In this document: one piece after another, positions 11,569 to 22,115 of the stretch
How the letters are laid out: every line of letters begins with the position of its first letter
Position numbering within the stretch: position 1 is the stretch's first letter
Assembly (NCBI GenBank): GCA_963709405.1
Contig: CAVPXM010000021.1
Span: forward strand, 250,561 to 314,560
Direction: 5' to 3'
Length of the DNA: 64,000 nucleotides
DNA from: an uncultured Nitrososphaerales archaeon
GTDB lineage: Archaea; Thermoproteota; Nitrososphaeria; Nitrososphaerales; Nitrososphaeraceae
The notes under the pieces: model-generated
Seen by the model: only the letters and a program-made list of their open reading frames with translations
The model's database searches: none
Told to the model about the DNA's origin: nothing
Made by a program: the position numbers and the translations under genes

Positions 11569-11946
11569 TCATATACCTGAGGTCTCTGCTTTCTCTATTT
11601 GTATAGTAACAGCGTCTCCTACTCTTAGCCCGGTATCTTCATATTCTCTCATACTAAGTTTGAATGTAGGTGATTCAGATAATCCCATACCTCCTAATCC
11701 ACCTCCACCTAGTATATTCGACATCGCTTTAGGTAGATTTTTCATCAAGTCCTCTGGTGAAGTGAAAGCAAATGCTTTGGCACCGAACGGACTCTGAGGT
11801 TGTTTTTGTAACCTTTCTTCGCTAGAAGAGCTTGGATCAGTAAAACCAACATAAACGTAAGGGCTTCCATCCTGCGAGGCTTCAATCCTTGATACAATAA
11901 ATTTTTTTTTCATTTTTATAACAATAATGACAAATGACAATCGCAA
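11569..11946 (-). CDS. Conserved hypothetical protein (weak arcadin-1-like layout); start probably at MKKKF
   Basis: FIVSRIEASQDGSPYVYV...LSMREYEDTGLRVGDAVTIQI. Confidence 0.7.
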   Translation of the reverse strand: MRLSFVIIVIKMKKKFIVSRIEASQDGSPYVYVGFTDPSSSSEERLQKQPQSPFGAKAFAFTSPEDLMKNLPKAMSNILGGGGLGGMGLSESPTFKLSMREYEDTGLRVGDAVTIQIEKAETSGI

Positions 11947-12423
11947 CTTATATATGTTGATGGATGAATTGAATTCAACTCTCTGGGTTTTAGACGATGT
12001 CTACGCTAAAGATGATTGATTGGAGTTCACAATCATGAAAAGATCTGCAACTTGTAACAACACATTCTCTCCTTCTCCTTTTCGCTAAAACTTGAACATA
12101 ATATAAGATTCATTACATATATTCTGTACTATTTTTGTAACCTGTATAAATTAATCAAATTTTTCTACAGATACTTTTTCTATATCCTTCCGAACGTGCT
12201 ATGAGATTCTGTGTTATCTTTCACTTGTTTATGTGAATATAAACTGTGTATACAAACCCACACAACTTCTTGAAATATACTATCTGCGGGCAATTTAAAG
12301 TGGAGTAAAAACGTCTACATATGTTTCCTATTCTTGAGCCTCTCTACCTATTAACATGAACCATGAACGTACACCGTGTTCATAGTTAATATTTAGTATA
12401 TTGAAACATGATCCTACCTATAA

Positions 12424-13176
12424 TTAGAATTCTTCTATTCTGTTACTAAGTATTGTACAAAAATCATGCCACTTTTTTGAATTGGACACTCCCCATTGCT
12501 CAAAACAAATAACGTTGGATAAACCCAACCTAGATATCCAGCCTAAAATTTCCAGGTCGGGTTTGGGTGAAAATTTTTCAACATATCCCAGACAGAGGTA
12601 CGCTATTGGCCTGATATGCATTGGTATTTCCAGAATTTGATGCAAGTCTTCATTTGCAAGTATACTAACCCAACCTACTCCTATGCCTTCAACTCTAGCA
12701 GCTAACCAAAGATTCTGAATCGCGCAGCAAACACTATAAACTCCTGTTTCCTCTATGGATGTCCTTCCAAGAACAAAAGGCCCAAACCTTGTTGGATCAT
12801 AAGTGACACATATGTTTATTGCCGATTCCATTATTCCTTCTAACTTTAATGACACGTATTTTACTTGTTTTTGCTTATCGTTATCAAGCATAGAAACTGA
12901 TTTCTTGTATTCTTTTAAGAAGGATTTCTTGACTTGTTCTTTAATCGAGTTTTCCGTTATAAGAATAAAATTCCATGGTTGAGAATAGCCTACCGATGGT
13001 GCATGATGTGCAGCATTAAGAATTCTTAATAGAACATCATTTGGAATGGCTTTACCACTTATAAAACGAGAGCGAACATCTCGTCTCGAAAATATTGCCT
13101 TATAAAAAGCTTCTTTTTCGTGATTTGAGAAAGGAACATCGCTGTAATCATTACCGCGTCGACTCTTAGATATCAT
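12424..13176 (-). CDS. bluB: 5,6-dimethylbenzimidazole synthase (nitroreductase fold)
   Basis: RRDVR, AAHHAPSVGYSQPWNF, LKLEGI, LGRTS, YSVCCAIQNLWLAARVEGIGVGWVS. Confidence 0.92.
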   Translation of the reverse strand: MISKSRRGNDYSDVPFSNHEKEAFYKAIFSRRDVRSRFISGKAIPNDVLLRILNAAHHAPSVGYSQPWNFILITENSIKEQVKKSFLKEYKKSVSMLDNDKQKQVKYVSLKLEGIMESAINICVTYDPTRFGPFVLGRTSIEETGVYSVCCAIQNLWLAARVEGIGVGWVSILANEDLHQILEIPMHIRPIAYLCLGYVEKFSPKPDLEILGWISRLGLSNVICFEQWGVSNSKKWHDFCTILSNRIEEF

Positions 13177-13611
13177 GATTATCGCATATGTAATAATTCT
13201 CCTATAATAATTCAGCTACCAAATAAAGTCATCTATATCCAACTATTTGATAAAGGTTAGTATGACATGAATAAATTGTAGAGATATATTTCATCATAAT
13301 TTGATCAATTTAGGGTATTAGTCTATTTCGTATGTTTTCATATATTGTAATATCAAGAAATTTTACACATCTGAAATCCCAAGACGATATATAATCTCAA
13401 CCTAACACAAATTTACAAAGAGGTATTTATTTCACACTTCAAGGCAGCACTCACTTCTTCATCGGGCCAACTTATTACTCATATCGATAGAATTAAAGAC
13501 TTACAATAGTTGTTGACATATTTAAAATAAATTATCTCTTTATGTCGTACCATGACTATACGTACCATTCTTTTTAACTAGTAGTTTTTCCATTTTACAG
13601 TATCAAGCTCA

Positions 13612-14457
13612 CTATCTTTTTAGATAACGTGTTCTTTCAGTTATATTTTCCATAGCAATCCTAACATATTGTTCATCTATTTCTGTTCCCAAGTAGTCTA
13701 TACCCAATGAGAGGCAAGCCAATGCAGTAGTCCCTATTCCCATAAAAGGGTCATATACTAACAATCTATCTTTAATTCCGTGTAATTTAATACACAGACA
13801 TGGTAACTTTTCTGGAAATACAGCCGGATGTGGGCGGCGCTCTGTAACAGTAGGATATGGAATAAACCATACATTGCCCCTATCTCGTTTATCTTGTGTA
13901 GCAGATTTCCATCTACCTATGTTCGTCTTGTCTTGATATTGAACACCTATTGAAAGTTTGCTCAATTCCAGACATCCAGTTTTTGTGAAGTGAAATATGT
14001 ACTCTTGAAAATCACTCAAAAACCTTTTACTAACAATAGGTTTAAAATGACCAACTGACACGCTATCTCGTAGCGAATTACTTCTTCCTATGTCTTCTTT
14101 TTCAATAGTTACAGACTTAATCCAATGAATAACATTTTGTAATTTGTAATCTTCTTTGATAAATTGTTGTGCTATCTTAAATGGTAGGGTTGGTTCTGAA
14201 TGCATAGCGCCAACATTAAGGAAAAATGAACCATCTTCTTTTAAAATATTTACGCTTTTCCTGGCGATGGTTTGAAGCCAGGACAGATAATCCTTTTCCT
14301 GTCTATTGTCATGATAAGAACCGTATTCCTTATTAATGTTGTATGGTGGAGATGTAACAATAATGTCTATCCTGATTTCATTGTCCATTAGCCTATTCAT
14401 AAAGCCAACACAGTCTTCGTGATAAACTTTATTTATCTCAATCAATGACGGTACCAA
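13612..14457 (-). CDS. Site-specific DNA methyltransferase (N4-C/N6-A, beta class), no adjacent restriction gene
   Basis: TSPPYN catalytic motif precedes HPAVFP and YDPFMGIGTT (SAM binding). Confidence 0.9.
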   Translation of the reverse strand: MVPSLIEINKVYHEDCVGFMNRLMDNEIRIDIIVTSPPYNINKEYGSYHDNRQEKDYLSWLQTIARKSVNILKEDGSFFLNVGAMHSEPTLPFKIAQQFIKEDYKLQNVIHWIKSVTIEKEDIGRSNSLRDSVSVGHFKPIVSKRFLSDFQEYIFHFTKTGCLELSKLSIGVQYQDKTNIGRWKSATQDKRDRGNVWFIPYPTVTERRPHPAVFPEKLPCLCIKLHGIKDRLLVYDPFMGIGTTALACLSLGIDYLGTEIDEQYVRIAMENITERTRYLKR

Positions 14458-14666
14458 TCCAATAACTACATCGTTTAAATTGTTTGTTTATATAATATTT
14501 GATTGGTATCATAACAGGATCATATAGAAAAATTTTTGCATAGCATATTCCATTTCAAACCAAAACCGGCCAATTTATTTATTTCTTCGGGCATGACTTT
14601 TCCCATTTAAACAGCGGTATCTTGAATTTGAGACAATATGACCTCGCACAAACATAACTGATTTTA

Positions 14667-15332
14667 TCAAATAACTACGCGCTGATCGCTTTGTGGGTAA
14701 GGATATTCCATGTGTCTAGCAGTGGCCTTTCCAACCTCGGTCCCGAAAAAGTGGCTTACAATTCTTAGGGCTAGGTCGATGCCCGAAGAAATACCTGCTG
14801 AGGTATAGATTGGCTCGGTAGTTGTAAATCGAACATTTTCACGTATTTTGACCATCGGCGCTGATTCACGAAGAAAATCGAATGCGCGCCAGTGTGTAGT
14901 CGCTTCCCGTCCGTCCAACAATCCTGCCTTTCCAAGAAGGCTCGAACCAGTGCATACTGATGCCGTTAATCTAGCTTTGACTGCCCGATCTGCAATCCAT
15001 CTGAGTAAGGCCTTATTACTTATTTGCTTACGCGTACCCCATCCGCCAGGGATGATCAATAAATCTAGATCTGGGCACTTGTGCATTGTCGTATCAGGAA
15101 TAAATATCAGGCCACCAACCGCAGTAACCTGATCTGTATTTTCTGATACTAAGATTACCTTAAAAGGCGATGGTTCTTCACATCGGCGATTTTCGTTCAA
15201 ACGGGTTACAGAAAATACCTCAAATGGTCCTGCAACATCCAAGACCTCCACTTGATCAAAGATTAGAATTCCGACTGTCATCTTGCTATTTTGCTTCATT
15301 CCAGAAAATATGCTATTATTGGGAGTGGTCAT
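14667..15332 (-). CDS. DJ-1/PfpI family protein
   Basis: EVLDVAGPFEVF, IPGGWG, SVCTGS, ATTHW, TSAGISSGID. Confidence 0.92.
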   Translation of the reverse strand: MTTPNNSIFSGMKQNSKMTVGILIFDQVEVLDVAGPFEVFSVTRLNENRRCEEPSPFKVILVSENTDQVTAVGGLIFIPDTTMHKCPDLDLLIIPGGWGTRKQISNKALLRWIADRAVKARLTASVCTGSSLLGKAGLLDGREATTHWRAFDFLRESAPMVKIRENVRFTTTEPIYTSAGISSGIDLALRIVSHFFGTEVGKATARHMEYPYPQSDQRVVI

Positions 15333-15714
15333 GGTTAAACCTTAAAAATTACTATTATCTTACAATTTATTTTTATCGTAACCGCAAACAACCTAATACC
15401 TATATACTTCAATGGACAATTATGATTAACATATTAATCTAATTAATTCATGCCAGTTTATGAATCGCTTAATGTAATAATAATCTCAATAATAGTTCCA
15501 ATCTTAGGAGTGATGTGACGAGCGGCAGGTCGGGGCATCTTTACTCGCAGTTGGGTTTGCCTTACAGGTCATTGGAAATGTCTTCGAATAGCCACTACCG
15601 TAGCACTTGAAACGCGCTTGATGATAGATATCCAAATATTTAGAGTTTTAGATGTGATGTTTAGAGCCTTATATGTAAAAAAATTGAATATTTTTATATT
15701 CTATAGTCAAGAGT

Positions 15715-15908
15715 ATATGGTAGTGGTTATGAACTCTTTTAGTCACAAGAGTAGTACAACTCGACGGATAGAAGACATGATGGCAGGTAGTATTATCACT
15801 GAGTTAGAAACTGCAAATACTCAGCTGGCAAGCCATGTCATTCGGGAAGGAAAAATTCTTGGGTTAGATAAAAACTGCGACTATTGCCGCATTTACTTTG
15901 AATATTAA
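15715..15908 (+). CDS. Small hypothetical protein with C-terminal CxxC; start uncertain
   Basis: ..SHVIREGKILGLDKNCDYCRIYFEY (3' part of ORF 15618-15908). Confidence 0.5.
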
Positions 15909-15971
15909 CCATTTTGAATTACCGTTAAAATTGAATCTTTATTATTGAACTCTCCGATATTATTTGTCATA

Positions 15972-16109
15972 ATGAGTGCAGCGACATTTACTTGCAATCC
16001 TTGTAAAGCTAAATTTGAGGTAATTGATATATCAACCAAAAACAAGGCTAGGTATTGTCCATAGTGTGGGGATATTGCGATAGAAGCAGCTAACTTAATT
16101 CTTTGTTAA
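15972..16109 (+). pseudogene. Zinc-ribbon microprotein with in-frame TAG
   Basis: MSAATFTCNPCKAKFEVIDISTKNKARYCP*CGDIAIEAANLILC; TAG at 16062-16064. Confidence 0.65.
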
Positions 16110-16845
16110 CTTTTCAATTTTTTACACGTCATATTTGGTGTATCAGATGATCTGGAGAAAAATATGGTGTGATTGCAGATTTATTCGTAGAATTGAATCT
16201 TGAGTCTTCCACACCCGGGATACCAAGAATATTTTCTAACCTAAGGAAGAATTGGAGATACATACAATGCTGATATAATAATAGAATGTAATTAGAATGC
16301 GAAATAATCCCGGGTATCTCGGGTGCAATGATGTGCCAATTAACTATTATAATTTTAGTTCAGTATTTCTCGGATAGGGCTGCCTGTCCATTTGCTCTTA
16401 GTACAGACCATAGGGTTATTCCTGACCTTACGTACTCTCATCTCTGGTACCACTTGGCCTATCATGCACAATATGTGTTGATAACTTGCCCAGCATATGC
16501 TTATTTCCAGACGACTCAAAATAAGGTAACATTGTTAGCAGGTGAAAGTCCGAATGCGCTTCTTGTTTATTTATGTCGGTTACACGCCTTATGATAAATA
16601 TCTAGTCTGACATATATGACTTCTCTGACACACCAGTGGAATCACCGTCGTGGTTGTATGAGCTGGATGTCTAGCCTATCTGATATATTTGACATATCTG
16701 ACACCAGATCTGGATTGGGTTCATGACATCAGACCTATGAAGCAGGTCACCGATTGAATTGTCGAATAAGAGAAAAAGTTTGAGTCTATTTGTCGCCGTT
16801 AATTGCGACGGACTGTCTATCTAATATAACCATTCAAAAAAGGAT

Positions 16846-17043
16846 ATGGTATTATTAACAATATTGTCTATAGAGCTATTGATGAGCGTAGAAAGGAAAA
16901 ATCCACTAAAGCGCGATCAAGCATTAAATGATGCTACTAGCGGGCAAATCGAACAGCCAAGACCTGAACCATCAAAACCAGCAGATGACAACTTTAATGA
17001 GCAACGTGTAAGAACTGCTCGTAAAATGTCGAGAGATCTGTAA
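16846..17043 (+). CDS. Small hydrophilic hypothetical protein
   Basis: ORF track; likely start at MSVERK. Confidence 0.5.
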   Translation: MVLLTILSIELLMSVERKNPLKRDQALNDATSGQIEQPRPEPSKPADDNFNEQRVRTARKMSRDL

Positions 17044-18611
17044 TACATATTTTTAGCTTCGCTTGCATTAACCGATATTTATATAGAAGCTTCATTTTGG
17101 AAACAGATGCGGAGTAAGTCGAAGACGGAACGAAGATTTTTGATGACTATTATTATCCATGTAGAAAACATCTAGCAATTAAGATAGCAATGACAACACA
17201 GATTCAGATCTACTGTATATATCCGATAAAGAAAACAAATCTTAGAATAAGTGTCCCATAATAGATTTATGTTATCTGCTCCCTAAAACACCTAGATATA
17301 TCATCAATTTATACCCGAATCGACCGATTTAATAAATTAATAAATTTATCTCGATACTAACAGCATCAGGCTCTATTTATCAGCTAATTCATGATCCTGT
17401 CTATGATATTCAATAACTTCAATAACTTCAATCTGTGCTTCTCAGGATCTTGTACTTGAGTGATGTTTCATAGATTTCAGATCACTCTTTACTTCAGAAT
17501 ACAAATACAGTCAAAGTATCCCTGGATTATGCGGAATTATTGCATGACGTGGACTTTGATCAAAAGTATCTGTTGGAATTGGTGCATATGGTGTATTTAG
17601 ATCATAATATTACCCAATTAGTATTTTATTTCATTCTGTCTAGATAGGATTTCTAATGCCTGGGTATTCTGGTTTATATATAAAAACCCATACTGTTCAT
17701 AGAGCTAACGCCATACATTAAGGTTATTTGGATGTTATACATCCGGAGCTCCAGCGAGTATAGATGGATCATATGATTCGCACCATGGTACTGAGTTATT
17801 TCGAGTGTCTTGGACATGAGAAAAGCATTATCTAAACTACTATGACATAGACGTAATCCCTCTATAGATCAGTTGTTTAATCTTTGGTTAAACTGGGGCA
17901 ATTTAATCTAATGATGTGAATATGTTATTTATAAGATCTGAAGTCATCTGAGTTACAATACCGACTAAGCAGTTTAGGTCTAGTCAAGATGCACCCATCA
18001 GTGACGTTTTCCTATCCCAATAACAGAACTGGCATTCACCTTGAAGGCATCACGTTAGTCGTAACTAAGATGCCGAACTGTCATAATATTACAATTCAGA
18101 AAATATTTATAATCTGGTAATACCTCATAGGTTTAATCGACTACATGCAATCGGAAAAATAGTTTCATAGTTGATGTTTGGAATGTAAAATCGATGACAA
18201 AATTGATGAGTCATTGAATAATCTCATTTTTATAAGCCAAACGTTCCAAACTCACTCTAGCTATAGAGGTGACCATGATACCACTGCACCGAGCACCTGT
18301 GTTGTAGATATGTCAATTGACAATCTTGTAGCACTTACGAGAAGGTTTGCAATACTTGACGCGAGGTTATTACAATAGTAGAGCTTTTTATCTCAGCTAA
18401 ATTGAAGTTTCGGAAGCTTTGGAGATACCGCATTTTCTATCCTTTCCGAATTTGCTAACCGTGGCTATCTGATCTCAATATATTTTGGATGCTAATTGCG
18501 TGAATGTTTGAACTTGCAATAAGCAGCTTTTTTACATGCTAAAAATTCATTCTGATTAGTCATAGATGGTTTTTACTGAAGGTAATTAACGACATTCGAA
18601 TACAATAAGTA

Positions 18612-18710
18612 ATGATGATTGAAAACATACTCTATGTAGTTATCGGGTTTGTTGTTACCTATCTATCACTGGAATTGGTGTGGCACAGTAAAAGTATCCC
18701 GGTATTATAG
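18612..18710 (+). CDS. Single-TM microprotein, possibly truncated
   Basis: MMIENILYVVIGFVVTYLSLELVWHSKSIPVL. Confidence 0.4.
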   Translation: MMIENILYVVIGFVVTYLSLELVWHSKSIPVL

Positions 18711-19024
18711 CATTTATTGCGTAAGAAGGACTTGGTCGTAAAGCACTTAGGATAGATTGGGTCTAATTAATGGCCCACAAATTCTTGTTTATATCACTAA
18801 GACAAAACGGGTGATAAAAATAACGAGAATTTTTTTGTCGGCGCACTAATTTGCCATACTTATATCAACCCTAGGACTTTTTATGGACAGGGTGATCCAG
18901 TAAGTATTCCTGAAGCAACTAATTCTCCTGGCGTTAATCTTTCATCACAAAGTGCGTTTCCGACATTGCCTATACCGAAACGGCCGGGCTGATTATCTTC
19001 AAAATTTGGCGGATTACCTGCCGC

Positions 19025-19420
19025 TCACTCCACTGCGAAGGCCTGCCGAAGCCATGACTAGTATGATACGTTTATCTCGTAACTGAGCGGCGTCAACCAA
19101 CGTTTTGATTTGCTCGTGAGTATACGATTTATCTTAGACTATGCTTCTGTATTTGGCTTTAAACTTATTGAGTTTATTCCATCTTATAATTACGTCGTTC
19201 ATTTCAAAAAAGTGTCCAATTGGTGCTAAGGATGAAGAAACTGATGCTAGTGCTAATTTTCTGTGATGTCTTAGGTGAATAATATATTCTCTTATTAGGA
19301 CTTCAAGCATTTTTGCTAAATTAGTAACATTTCTTCATATGCCTTTTTGTTGCAAAATTTCATAAAATAACTAAACATTGTACTATAATCTTTTCTTGTC
19401 GCCTCACTTTTAATACTACT
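19025..19420 (-). pseudogene. Tyrosine recombinase/integrase remnant
   Basis: EYIIHLR..HFFEMNDVIIRWNKLNKFK..*DKSYTHEQIKTLVDAAQLRDKRIILVMASAGLR; internal stop; truncated after the first catalytic Arg. Confidence 0.8.
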
Positions 19421-19530
19421 AATGAAAATCTTGTATGCTTCACATTCTAAAATTGCTCAGACATAACATTCTGAGCGCGAAACTGATAATTAAAAGTACT
19501 ATACGTTATTCTTAACTATGGATAAGAATA

Positions 19531-20268
19531 ATGGTTAAAAGTATTAACAATAATAACTTCAAGAATCCTAATCGACGCCAATTAGACAGAGTTGCATTTT
19601 ATGGTCGAACTCTATCAGAGTATCTTATGATGTTCGGTATAAACAATATTGATCGTCTGAAAACATACAATGCAATACTGGATTGTCCTTCAGGTGCTTC
19701 CTCCTTCGTTGCGGAATCTAACAACAATTATAGAATTAATACGATTGGCTGTGATCCTTTATTCGGCCTGGATCCTACAATTTTGCAAAAACAAGGTGAG
19801 GAAGACATCGAGTATGTTGTAAAGCGAGTATCACTTACTCCTAATCTTTTCAATTGGAGTTTTTATTCTTCCATAGAAGGTTTAAGGAAATATAGAAAAC
19901 TGGCATTAGAACAATTTATATCAGACTACAGTATCTCTAGGGAAAGAAAACGTTACATAAAGGCAGAATTGCCTAAATTACCATTTGATGATAGGAGCTT
20001 TGACCTGGTATTAAGTGGACATCTCCTCTTTACGTACAGTCATAAATTTGACTTCTCATCCATTTTGTCTTCCATAACAGAGTTATGTAGAGTATGTTCT
20101 GGAGAAGTTAGAATATACCCCTTGCAAAAGACAAGTTTAGAGCCTTATGAACATATGATAGATTTACTCTATACCTTGAAGAAACAATATGGGATCACAT
20201 ATAATGTCGTACCAGTCCCATTTGAGTTTCAGAAGGGTAGCAACAAGATGTTGTGTCTAACAAATTAG
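19531..20268 (+). CDS. Class I SAM-dependent methyltransferase
   Basis: ILDCPSGASSF, LPKLPFDDRSFDLVLSGHLLFTY, ELCRV, EVRIYPL. Confidence 0.85.
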   Translation: MVKSINNNNFKNPNRRQLDRVAFYGRTLSEYLMMFGINNIDRLKTYNAILDCPSGASSFVAESNNNYRINTIGCDPLFGLDPTILQKQGEEDIEYVVKRVSLTPNLFNWSFYSSIEGLRKYRKLALEQFISDYSISRERKRYIKAELPKLPFDDRSFDLVLSGHLLFTYSHKFDFSSILSSITELCRVCSGEVRIYPLQKTSLEPYEHMIDLLYTLKKQYGITYNVVPVPFEFQKGSNKMLCLTN

Positions 20269-20579
20269 GAACAACTTGATACATAGTAGTTATTACTTTT
20301 ACGAACTGACTTTTCCCTGTATAACACTACTGTCCGACCTCAGACAACCGCTTGTTACCTTTCCGTTTATTTCACCGCTAAGACGACCGGCAGTAGTACT
20401 ACTCGAAATATAAGCTGCCTCTGCCAGTACGATTTGCCATGAAATTGATATTTGTTCATTATACTAGCTTGCCAATAACACATTCATACGTTATTAGCCA
20501 CCATTTCTGGTAAGTGCTTTCGCCTGCTCTGATTGAAGCACTGATGGTGGGACTGACACGATCGCAATCGTAGCCAGAG

Positions 20580-20870
20580 TCAAAGAAGATAGATTGAAGC
20601 GCCAGAAGCAATAGAAGATATTGCAAACGAGATGCAAACTATCTGAATTTATCATAGATGAAACATTGATCAAAATATGGAATGACTATGTAACACGAAT
20701 ATGGGTTGCTGCTATCGATCCAATGAATAAGACAATTCTTGGTATTTGCATCTCCATTGAAAGGAACGTGCTTGTGACTGACCAATTTATACAATCTCCG
20801 ATTAGAAAATATGGAAAACACAAGATGGTGGTACTAGAAAGATAGTGATTGTAAACTAAAGCATGTCATG
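20580..20870 (+). mobile_element. IS6-family transposase remnant
   Basis: FIIDETLIKI..IWVAAIDP..ISIERN..KYGKH. Confidence 0.75.
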
Positions 20871-21042
20871 AATTGGTTGAGTTTATTTGTAGATATGCAC
20901 AATAGAGAAATTACGGGAAAGATTGTAAGTGAATAGAGCCCGTTAGAGAATTATCAAAGGTCAAATGAAAAATGTCACCAGACACAGAGAGGTAGATATT
21001 AGTTTGTTAGTAGGATTTAAAGTTAAAAATGAATTAAGTTAC

Positions 21043-21657
21043 TTACCTCTGTGTTAATGGTTTTGCCATTGCATCTAATGTATATGTAACAGTGAACGGT
21101 TGTCCGTCCGTTTTATGAAAGACAAGAGCACTACCTGCAAAGGTAAAGGATCCCGTGCTTATGGGAGTGTTAGTAATAGTTACTGGAGTATTCGAAAATA
21201 TCGTCATAGTGGATAGAGCTATCCTTGTAGCATTATCAATCCATCTAGCATTGAGAGGCGCTCCACGTTTGACATCGGGGATCATTTTAGGATTATATTT
21301 ATGTTCGACTTCTACTTCGATGGGTTTGCTAGCAGTAAATGTCGCGGTACCTACCCAAATCTTTCCATCTTGCCTTATTGGAAGAGCAACTACTATCTGA
21401 TGTGGGATAGATTGATTATTAATCGGAGCATTTGGAGCTGGTACTGACATAGACGTATTCTGTACAGTTATTATGTCAGGTAATGTAGTGTTAGACGGTT
21501 GTTGTACTTGCTCTGCACTTACTTCTTGATTGGTGAAGGGTGTTTTAGTTGGTAACAGTAATAGTAATTCCAAGGTTATTAAAATAATTACAAGAACTGT
21601 TACTTTAGTGTTTGACATAGGTATGCTTTCTTCGTACTGACCATCATCCGTCAGCAT
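21043..21657 (-). CDS. Secreted or membrane-anchored hypothetical protein
   Basis: Hydrophobic N-terminus; beta-rich domain HQIVVALP..WVGTATFTASKPIEV..FAGSALVFH. Confidence 0.8.
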   Translation of the reverse strand: MLTDDGQYEESIPMSNTKVTVLVIILITLELLLLLPTKTPFTNQEVSAEQVQQPSNTTLPDIITVQNTSMSVPAPNAPINNQSIPHQIVVALPIRQDGKIWVGTATFTASKPIEVEVEHKYNPKMIPDVKRGAPLNARWIDNATRIALSTMTIFSNTPVTITNTPISTGSFTFAGSALVFHKTDGQPFTVTYTLDAMAKPLTQR

Positions 21658-22115
21658 CGGGTATTAATAGTTTTTGCGGATGATTTATTTTCTTATTTTT
21701 GAATACTTTTACTATTTACATATCACAATTCAGTTATAGATTAAGTATTCATTAGCGATGTTCATCTATAATAAGCACTTGATCAGTAGCGATTTTCACG
21801 ATGCCTTTAAATACCGGTACTCATAGGAATGATATACTACTCCAGATGGATTATGTAAAGTACTAATCTAGAATGTTGGATGGCTCGGACTTTCCATCAT
21901 AGGCACGTCATAGCAGGATTACATAGAATATTAACGTAAATAATTTAACTTAAAATTTTGTTTAATAATAATCTTTTAGAGTGTACCGGTACGCGAGCAT
22001 AATAGAGCAATCATCTACTACCTACGTTGATACACTGAGATAGTAGTTTATGATAGTACGATAATAATATAGACGATAGAATAATAACATATTCCTGCAA
22101 CTATTTTTTGATAGT

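Noticed and set aside
13180-13600. Cobalamin riboswitch upstream of bluB
   Set aside because: AT-rich sequence without B12-box or GGGAA motifs
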